From Bacteriovoracia bacterium (GTDB lineage: Bacteria > Bdellovibrionota > Bacteriovoracia > Bacteriovoracales > Bacteriovoracaceae): a DNA stretch of 26,030 bases. The notes beneath the pieces were generated by a model. It searched no databases. It saw only the letters and a list, made by a program, of their open reading frames with translations, and had not been told where the DNA came from. The stretch covers positions 1-26,030 of the forward strand of contig JBKHVI010000042.1 in NCBI GenBank assembly GCA_046570105.1. The letters are read 5' to 3'. Shown piece after piece: positions 15,531 to 22,909 of this stretch; the first letter of the stretch is position 1; every line of letters starts with the position of its first letter. A program made the position numbers and the translations under genes.

Positions 15531-16979
15531 ATGTCAGTTGAACCTCGTCGCCCAGGCCTTATGCTCTCGCTTGTTCCTCTCTTGGTTTTGATTGGGCTCT
15601 TGATTGTGAACATTCGACTCTTTGGCGATGGGGCCACTTCGGGGCCTAACCAAATGGCGCTCATGGCAGCAGCTGCGGTGGCCGCGCTCATTGGTCTTTT
15701 TGTCTTAAAGCATGACTATAAATCTATTGAGCAAAAGATCATTCATTCGATTGGTCTCTCGATGCAGGCGGTTCTGATTCTCTTGGTGGTCGGGATGCTT
15801 GTCAGTCTGTGGATCCTCTCAGGAGTGGTTCCCACCATGATTTATTATGGGATTCAGATTGTGAATCCGAGCTGGTTTTTACCGGTCACTTGTTTGGTGT
15901 GCGCTATTGTTTCTATTGCGACCGGTTCAAGTTGGTCAACCGGTGGAACCGTCGGGATAGCTTTGATGGGAATTGGTAAAGCGATTGGCGTTCCTGATGA
16001 AATGACCGCTGGTGCGATTATTTCGGGTGCTTATTTTGGTGATAAACTCTCACCTCTGTCTGATACCACTAATCTGGCACCGGCGATGGCCGGGACGGAT
16101 CTTTTTACTCACGTGCGCTACATGTTGATCACAACAGTGCCTTCAATTTGTATTGCTCTGATTATTTTCACAATTATCGGTTTGAACTTTCAGGCACAAA
16201 TTTTTGATATGGGTGCGGTAGAGCAGCTTACTCTCACACTGGATAAAACATTTAATCTAAGTCCAATCGCTTTTGCACTTCCACTCTTAGTGATTGTCAT
16301 GGTGGCAAAAAAAGTTCCCGCTCTTCCGGCCCTTTTTATCGGAGCCCTCCTGGGCGGACTCTTGGCGATGTTCACGCAACAAGAATTAATTGCGCAGATT
16401 TCTGGTGAAGCCTTTAGTTGGACCAGTGCTTGGAAAAATACCATCGCTATTGCTCACGGTGGTTTTAAAATTGAAACAGGTGTGGCCACTATTGATTCCC
16501 TTCTTTCACGTGGTGGCATGAGCAGTATGCTCAACACGGTCTGGTTGATTTTAATGGCGATGACTTTTGGTGGAGTCATGGAGATGACCGGTATGCTCGA
16601 GCGCATCGCTGAAACGATTCTTAAAGCAGTTCGTGGTACGGCTTCATTGATTGCTGCCACGCTCGCGAGCTGCGTCACCATTAACCTGACAGCGGCTGAC
16701 CAGTACTTGGCGATTGTCGTCCCTGGACGGATGTTTCGCGATGCTTATCGCAAAGCGGGCCTTGCTCCTGAAAATTTGTCTCGTTCTTTGGAAGATGCCG
16801 GGACTTTGACCTCGGTTTTAGTTCCTTGGAACACTTGTGGCGCATACTTTAGTGGAGTGCTCGGGGTCGCAACGCTTTCCTATGCACCGTATTGTATGTT
16901 TAATTTGTTAAATCCTCTGGTGGCCATTGCAGTTGCGGTGATCGGGTTTAAAATAAGAAAGATTCAACCCGCTACGTGA
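15531..16979 (+). CDS. nhaC: NhaC-family Na+/H+ antiporter / transporter
   Basis: GSSWSTGGTVG, AGAIISGAYFGDKLSPLSDTTNLA, LSRGGMSSM, LSRSLEDAGT..LVPWN; AAGGAG RBS before ATG 15531. Confidence 0.93.
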   Translation: MSVEPRRPGLMLSLVPLLVLIGLLIVNIRLFGDGATSGPNQMALMAAAAVAALIGLFVLKHDYKSIEQKIIHSIGLSMQAVLILLVVGMLVSLWILSGVVPTMIYYGIQIVNPSWFLPVTCLVCAIVSIATGSSWSTGGTVGIALMGIGKAIGVPDEMTAGAIISGAYFGDKLSPLSDTTNLAPAMAGTDLFTHVRYMLITTVPSICIALIIFTIIGLNFQAQIFDMGAVEQLTLTLDKTFNLSPIAFALPLLVIVMVAKKVPALPALFIGALLGGLLAMFTQQELIAQISGEAFSWTSAWKNTIAIAHGGFKIETGVATIDSLLSRGGMSSMLNTVWLILMAMTFGGVMEMTGMLERIAETILKAVRGTASLIAATLASCVTINLTAADQYLAIVVPGRMFRDAYRKAGLAPENLSRSLEDAGTLTSVLVPWNTCGAYFSGVLGVATLSYAPYCMFNLLNPLVAIAVAVIGFKIRKIQPAT

Positions 16980-17003
16980 ACTTAAAAGTCCATCAAGGTT
17001 TCT

Positions 17004-19133
17004 ATGAGAAAACAGAAAAAGGGGCGAGCCCCCCGTAAAATCGAATTTAATGTCGATCCTACCCATTTTTTGAATCGCGATCTTTCTTGGTTGCAGTTTA
17101 ATCGTCGTGTGTTGGCCGAAGCTGTGGATGAGCGAACGCCGCTCCTAGAGCGTTTACGCTTTCTAATTATTTTCAGCGCGAATCTTGATGAGTTTGTGAT
17201 GAAGCGGATTGGACGCATGAAGCGTCAGGTGGCTTCTGGGCAAATTCATAAATCAGTCGATGGGATGGGGCCTGAGAAACAACTCTTAGTTGTTCGCCAA
17301 CATATTTTGGAAGATCTTGAAACACAGCAAAAAGTTTTTAAATCTTTATTATCGCCACTTGAAAAAGAGGGCATTACGTTTTCATCTTATGAAGATTTAA
17401 ACGAAGAAGATCGTAAGTATTGTGATGATTATTTTCGGAACAAAGTTTTCCCTATCCTGACTCCTTTGTCAGTTGATCCAGGTCATCCCTTTCCGTTTAT
17501 TTCCAATCTTTCTTTCTCGCTGGGTTTGATTTTAAGAAATCCAGTGACTGATGCCGTGTTATTTTCGCGGGTAAAGATTCCCCAAGGCGTTTCATCTTGG
17601 CTTAAACTTCCCATGGCCGGTGGCAACCAACATCGCTTTATACGTGTGACCTCAATTGTTCGTCACAATCTTCCCTTGCTCTATCCAGGAATGGAGATCC
17701 AGCAGATCGTGCCTTTTAGGGTGACACGAAATGCCGATATCGTTCAGCGAGATGATGAGGCCGATGATTTGATGATTTTGGTTGAAGAGGGCCTGAAAGA
17801 GCGTCGTCTTGCTGAGTGTGTCCGTCTTGAGACCTATAAAGATTGTGATCCCTCGATGTTGAGTTTTTTAAAAGAATCTCTCGATATTACAGATAACGAT
17901 GTATACGCTGTCGATTATCCGATGGACTATGCATCTTTCAAAGTTATCGTTGATCTAGATTTCCCCAAACTTAAGTTCCGCCACTGGGTGCCGCAAATTC
18001 CGCGCTCCTTCCAGGAAGAAGGAAATATTTTTCAACTCTTAAAGCAAGGGGATGTACTCGTTCATCATCCCTATGAGAGCTTCGTTGCCACGGTCGAGAG
18101 ATTTATTTCGCAAGCGGCGGAAGACCCTAACGTTTTAGCGATTAAAATGACCCTCTATCGCACGGGTGACAACAGCCCATTTATTAAAAGTCTGATTAAG
18201 GCCGCTGAAAGTGGCAAACAAGTGGTCTGTCTTGTTGAGTTGAAAGCACGCTTTGATGAACAGAGAAATATTTTCTGGGCCAATAAGCTAGAGGATGCCG
18301 GTGTTCATGTGGTGTATGGAATTTTAGGTCTCAAGACCCACACCAAGACTGCTCTCGTCGTTCGCCAAGAGAATGATGGTGAAATCAAAAGCTATGCTCA
18401 CGTCGGCACTGGTAACTACAACGTCGCCACCTCGAACCTCTATACGGATCTGGGGCTTTTAACTTGTGATCTAAGAATCACTGGTGAAGTTCATGAGATG
18501 TTTAATTATCTCACAGGTAGTTCGCTTAAGACTGACTATCGCGAATTGATGGTCGCTCCGATTAATATGAAGAGTTCATTCCTGGCCAAGATTCGCGCAG
18601 AAATTGAATCGTGTCGCAAAACGGGCCATGGCCTAATTATCGCCAAGATGAACAGTATGGAAGATGAAGTCATCACTGAGGCGCTGTATGAAGCAAGCGC
18701 TTCCGGCGTCGATGTTTGGCTCTATGTCCGCGGCTTCTGCTGTTTGAAACCAGGTCTTCCTGGCATGTCAGAGCGAATTAAAGTCGTGAGTGTGATTGGC
18801 CGCTTCTTAGAGCATTCTCGCGTCTTCTATTTCTCGGCCGGTCAAAAAAATCCTCTCCATGGAGAATACTGGATAGGATCAGCCGATTGGATGCATCGCA
18901 ATCTCCATCATCGCGTGGAATTAATCGTGCCGATTCATGATTTGAAACTCAAAGAAAAACTCTGGGATTTCCTTGAAGTCCTGCGACAGGATAATCGTCG
19001 AGCGTGGGATCTAAAAGCGGACGGCACTTATAGTCAGCGCCTACCAGCGAGTGGCGCAGAAGAAGCAGGCACTCACGAAGTACTGATGGCCAGAACGCTC
19101 TTGAAAGAGAAAAACTTAGGCGGTGGTGAGTGA
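17004..19133 (+). CDS. ppk1: Polyphosphate kinase 1
   Basis: NRDLSWLQFNRRVL, HPFPFISNLS, HHPYESF, IKMTLYRT, ELKARFDE, LKTHTK, GRFLEHSR, GSADWM. Confidence 0.98.
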   Translation: MRKQKKGRAPRKIEFNVDPTHFLNRDLSWLQFNRRVLAEAVDERTPLLERLRFLIIFSANLDEFVMKRIGRMKRQVASGQIHKSVDGMGPEKQLLVVRQHILEDLETQQKVFKSLLSPLEKEGITFSSYEDLNEEDRKYCDDYFRNKVFPILTPLSVDPGHPFPFISNLSFSLGLILRNPVTDAVLFSRVKIPQGVSSWLKLPMAGGNQHRFIRVTSIVRHNLPLLYPGMEIQQIVPFRVTRNADIVQRDDEADDLMILVEEGLKERRLAECVRLETYKDCDPSMLSFLKESLDITDNDVYAVDYPMDYASFKVIVDLDFPKLKFRHWVPQIPRSFQEEGNIFQLLKQGDVLVHHPYESFVATVERFISQAAEDPNVLAIKMTLYRTGDNSPFIKSLIKAAESGKQVVCLVELKARFDEQRNIFWANKLEDAGVHVVYGILGLKTHTKTALVVRQENDGEIKSYAHVGTGNYNVATSNLYTDLGLLTCDLRITGEVHEMFNYLTGSSLKTDYRELMVAPINMKSSFLAKIRAEIESCRKTGHGLIIAKMNSMEDEVITEALYEASASGVDVWLYVRGFCCLKPGLPGMSERIKVVSVIGRFLEHSRVFYFSAGQKNPLHGEYWIGSADWMHRNLHHRVELIVPIHDLKLKEKLWDFLEVLRQDNRRAWDLKADGTYSQRLPASGAEEAGTHEVLMARTLLKEKNLGGGE

Positions 19134-19624
19134 AGCTCATATTTATTCGCCACGCTCAATCGGAAGGTCATTATCTTGAGAGCCCTGACCAAGATGCCCT
19201 TCGTGAACTGACACCTAAGGGTGCTAAGATTTTTCGGTCACATATTAGAAAGATTAAAAAAGTATTGCCTGCACCGGATGTCATTTTCTGTAGTCCGTTA
19301 TTGCGCTCCATTCAGACTGCTGAAATTGTCTGGGAGAATTGGCGTGAAGCCGACCTAGAACTCATCACTGATCTTGATCTGTTGGATGATCCACGGCATT
19401 TGGTTGAATATATTTCTTTTCTTCCCGCTGAAGGGACTTATTGCTTTGTTGGGCATGAACCTCACTTCTCATCTGTGATCGCGGCCCTCTTAGGACTTCA
19501 TCCTGAACACGACTTTTTGAAATTTAAAAAAGGTGCGGTGCTGACACTTGAGGGTGGTTTTTGGGAAGGCTTTATGATGACGATGTTTGCGCCACCTCTA
19601 CTTATGAAAGAAATTAAGTCTTAG
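19130..19624 (+). CDS. sixA: SixA-like histidine phosphatase
   Basis: FIRHAQS, RELTPKG, SPLLRSIQTA, VGHEP; GTGA overlap with ppk1. Confidence 0.85.
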   Translation: MKLIFIRHAQSEGHYLESPDQDALRELTPKGAKIFRSHIRKIKKVLPAPDVIFCSPLLRSIQTAEIVWENWREADLELITDLDLLDDPRHLVEYISFLPAEGTYCFVGHEPHFSSVIAALLGLHPEHDFLKFKKGAVLTLEGGFWEGFMMTMFAPPLLMKEIKS

Positions 19625-20564
19625 GTAATCGTTTAAATTTTCTTGGTTCGCTATTGAGCATTGAAAGAATTATGCCTTCTTTCAGCCCTACTTTAGGGAG
19701 AAGAATTTTTTTAGCACCGATCCCTTTCATTAAGATTCTTACCAACATCGTGGCAGGTAAAATAACATCGGCCCGGTTGCGATCAAGTTCAAGCTTTCTC
19801 ACTCGGTCGATAAAGCTCATGCTAAAGAGCGTGTCTGCCATATGGGCGATTTCACTATAGAGACATTCTTCACTGCTTTTATTGAGAATCTTGCGACGAA
19901 TCTTGCCCATGCGACGAAGGTTACCCCCGGTGCCAATAAAGAGGTCCGGTGTTTTTTTCCCGAAGTGACCGTGGATAAAGCGTAGGATCTTTTCCACCAT
20001 CAAACTAATTCTGATATCGAGTTCTTTCTGAGATTCATGTCTTAAGAGTCGGACTGTGCCAATATTAAAACTGTGGCTGGCGGTCAGTTTACCGTCGATC
20101 ACGATGCTAATCTCAGTAGAGCCCCCGCCAATATCCATCAAAATAGCGCGTTTATTCTTGAGATTAATTTCCGAGCTGACAGCGTTGAAAATAAGCTGTG
20201 CTTCTTCACGACCTGAAATGGCACCGATATCGATGCCTGTGTAGAGAGAAATATTATGAATGAGCGCCTGTGAATTGCGGGCATCTCTCATAGCACTGGT
20301 GGCAATGGCCCGCACATCATCAACCCCGTAAGCAGTAAAGAGATGGAGCAGACGAATAAAACACTCTTCTGTCTGACGACATTTTTCTGGAGAAATAATT
20401 CCTTTAGAGAAAACATCTTCTCCCAAACGCAGTGGCTCGCGAATTTCTTTAAGAACTTCAATCCTATCGTCCTGCAATCGCACAATAAGGGCGCGAAGGG
20501 CATTCGAACCAAGGTCAATGGCAGCGAAAGCTGGATCATCAGTAAGGTGGGGGAGATAAGTCAT
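19614..20564 (-). CDS. ppx: Ppx/GppA exopolyphosphatase (short form, no HD domain)
   Basis: AAIDLGSNALR, LRLG, ATSAMRDARN, ISGREEA, DIGGGSTE, RADVI, GLKEG. Confidence 0.93.
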   Translation of the reverse strand: MTYLPHLTDDPAFAAIDLGSNALRALIVRLQDDRIEVLKEIREPLRLGEDVFSKGIISPEKCRQTEECFIRLLHLFTAYGVDDVRAIATSAMRDARNSQALIHNISLYTGIDIGAISGREEAQLIFNAVSSEINLKNKRAILMDIGGGSTEISIVIDGKLTASHSFNIGTVRLLRHESQKELDIRISLMVEKILRFIHGHFGKKTPDLFIGTGGNLRRMGKIRRKILNKSSEECLYSEIAHMADTLFSMSFIDRVRKLELDRNRADVILPATMLVRILMKGIGAKKILLPKVGLKEGIILSMLNSEPRKFKRLPKT

Positions 20565-20715
20565 TACAATTGATATTACACGAGCTTAACTCAGGGGACA
20601 CGGAAAAAAAGCATCTCCTATAACTCTAGCGCTGGTAGTTTTTACAGGATTTAGGGCCCACCTCCGGAGGCATGTTAGCCTTTTTGGCATCTGACAATGT
20701 TTTTTGGAGGTTCCT

Positions 20716-22008
20716 ATGTTTGGCCGCAGACTTATGTCTTGGGTTCTCACCCTCGCTATCATTCTTCCGATCCTGGTGAGCTGTAAAGATGATGGCAGTG
20801 ATCCTGAACTTACTCGTGAATTGAAGGCGCTCGCCGCTGATTCACGCCTAAGTGATGCTGGCAGAAAGGAAGCCCAAAATATCCTGAACCTTCATAAAGA
20901 AGTGCAAGAAACTATTCGCGCCAATCCCACTCTTAAGGCCCTTCCTAGAGAAGGCAAAGTTTTAAGTCATGAGAAAGCGCTTAAACTTCATTCTCAAAAC
21001 CAGGCAGAAACCATCAAGGTGCTTGAGGTACAAGACGCAGCTTTAAAGAAAATTGTCGATAATGTTAAAACCATTTCAAAACGCAAATTTACAGAAAGTC
21101 TTGATGCTGCTCAAACCGCCGAGTCTGAGACATTGGTACTGATGAATCTTTTAGTGGTTCGTCATGTGGCGCAGTCAGCTTCTCGTCGCATCCTTTTCTT
21201 GATGACAAAATTTGATAAGCCTTATTTTGATCAACTAGATGAGAATGCTGAAATGAAGCAGCGTTTGCTGGCCGACTACAGCAGTGCTCTAGCTGTTGCA
21301 GCAGTCAGTGCCAACGACCTTCGTACCACTTTGACTCAATTGCGCGAACTTCGTGAGGCCGGTGCCATCATTGAGCCACTAGAAATTGCTATTAATAAAG
21401 TGGTGAGTGGTTGCGGTGGTCATGAACGCTTAGATAAAAAGAATGTCGATGATTTCATGAAAGAGAGCCTAACAGACAAAGCCCAAGGCACAATGGATAA
21501 AGCGATGACTGATTATCATGGTTCATTGAAAGGAAAGACATTCTTGTTTGATCCAGCTCACCCAGATCATCCTTTGATGCATGTGTTGGTGATCGTTTCA
21601 AATCTTTCATGGGGTTTGGTCAATACACTCGTGGGCCTTGGTTTTGTTATCACTGCGGCGATTGTTGCTCCTATTACCCAAATTGCAGGAGCAGGCGTGA
21701 GAGCGATGGGTTATGAACCACTCTTCTATGAAATGCGCATGCCAAAACTTGCGATCGCTCAAAGTAATATGCAGATTTATGCTGATGTATGTGGGCTTGG
21801 CTTTATTCCAAGTAAGATGAGCGCGGGATTGTTTGAACTGGATTTCTGTACTGGACAGAGCTTTGCCAGTGATCATGAAGCCGGACACGCTAAGCAATCT
21901 GCGCTTTTGGGGCCACTTTATTTCCCAGCAGCAATTCTGAGTTACATGTTGAATATGGGCCATGGCGGATTTATCGAGGACTGGGCAGATGCTTGGGCAA
22001 CGACTTAA
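20716..22008 (+). CDS. Lipoprotein with helical N-terminal region and C-terminal HExxH metallopeptidase-like domain
   Basis: Lipobox ILVS-C; GGAGG RBS; SWGLVNTLVG...DHEAGHAKQSALLGPLY...EDWAD. Confidence 0.75.
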   Translation: MFGRRLMSWVLTLAIILPILVSCKDDGSDPELTRELKALAADSRLSDAGRKEAQNILNLHKEVQETIRANPTLKALPREGKVLSHEKALKLHSQNQAETIKVLEVQDAALKKIVDNVKTISKRKFTESLDAAQTAESETLVLMNLLVVRHVAQSASRRILFLMTKFDKPYFDQLDENAEMKQRLLADYSSALAVAAVSANDLRTTLTQLRELREAGAIIEPLEIAINKVVSGCGGHERLDKKNVDDFMKESLTDKAQGTMDKAMTDYHGSLKGKTFLFDPAHPDHPLMHVLVIVSNLSWGLVNTLVGLGFVITAAIVAPITQIAGAGVRAMGYEPLFYEMRMPKLAIAQSNMQIYADVCGLGFIPSKMSAGLFELDFCTGQSFASDHEAGHAKQSALLGPLYFPAAILSYMLNMGHGGFIEDWADAWATT

Positions 22009-22909
22009 TCTTATATTTTTAATCTTAGCAGGGCTGGTTCTCCAGTCCTGTGGCAAGCGCTCTCATCTTGAGGGCGCTCCGCATTTTATCGCCGGCCAAA
22101 TCTTAGTCGAAGGGGATGGGTCGGAACTTTCTGTCGATCGTCGCATGACTCGTACCTGGAAAGATTACGATGGCGATGGCATCTCGGATAGAAAAGATGC
22201 AGATATTGATAACGACGGTGTTCCCAATATCGTAGATCAGTATCCTTTTGATGGTACGAAATCAGGTGAAGACACTGACCTTGATGGAATTATGGATTTC
22301 GTCGATCTTGGTTTCCATAAAGATCCTAAGGCCCGTGCGCTCGCGAACCTTCAAGAAGAAATTTTTAAGAAACTTGGTGTGACCGTCGTGAACGGATCAG
22401 AGAATTTCACTGAAGATGAGTGGAAGGTCATGCATGAGACCCTCTTTCATGAGGTCATGCTATCGAAAGTGCGCTATATCGAACTTGTTACGATTGTTCG
22501 GTATTCAAAAGCAGATCAAATAGGTGAGACCCGTGCAGACTTTGATCCTTTTTGGTTACAAATTAGTTTTTATCCAAACTCTTCTCATCAAAATAATGTG
22601 ATGGCTTTTGCAGGAAGTTTAATTCATGAGCTAGGACATGTTCACGCTTATGAAAACCCAGATCAATTTCAAGAATTCGTTAAGCGATTGCACGTTAAGG
22701 AAATTGTTTATCCTAGTACTTATGCCAAGAGTTCTGAAGAAGAAGCTTATGCTGAGGTTTTTGCACTCGAATGCTATTTGGCAGGAATGAATTTAGATTC
22801 AACTCGATTTGATCTACTTAAGGAAGAGCGGCCAAGCTTGCATCCTTCCCTTGGGCCTTCAGTGCATGGTTCATATCGTTTACCGATGATTGAAACTCAC
22901 GGCGAATAA
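21989..22909 (+). CDS. Lipoprotein with TSP3-like Ca-binding repeats and zincin (HELGH) domain
   Basis: Lipobox VLQS-C; DYDGDGISD, DIDNDGVPN, DTDLDGIMD repeats; LIHELGH and STYAKSSEEEAYAE; GAGGA RBS before ATG 21989. Confidence 0.78.
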   Translation: MLGQRLNLIFLILAGLVLQSCGKRSHLEGAPHFIAGQILVEGDGSELSVDRRMTRTWKDYDGDGISDRKDADIDNDGVPNIVDQYPFDGTKSGEDTDLDGIMDFVDLGFHKDPKARALANLQEEIFKKLGVTVVNGSENFTEDEWKVMHETLFHEVMLSKVRYIELVTIVRYSKADQIGETRADFDPFWLQISFYPNSSHQNNVMAFAGSLIHELGHVHAYENPDQFQEFVKRLHVKEIVYPSTYAKSSEEEAYAEVFALECYLAGMNLDSTRFDLLKEERPSLHPSLGPSVHGSYRLPMIETHGE

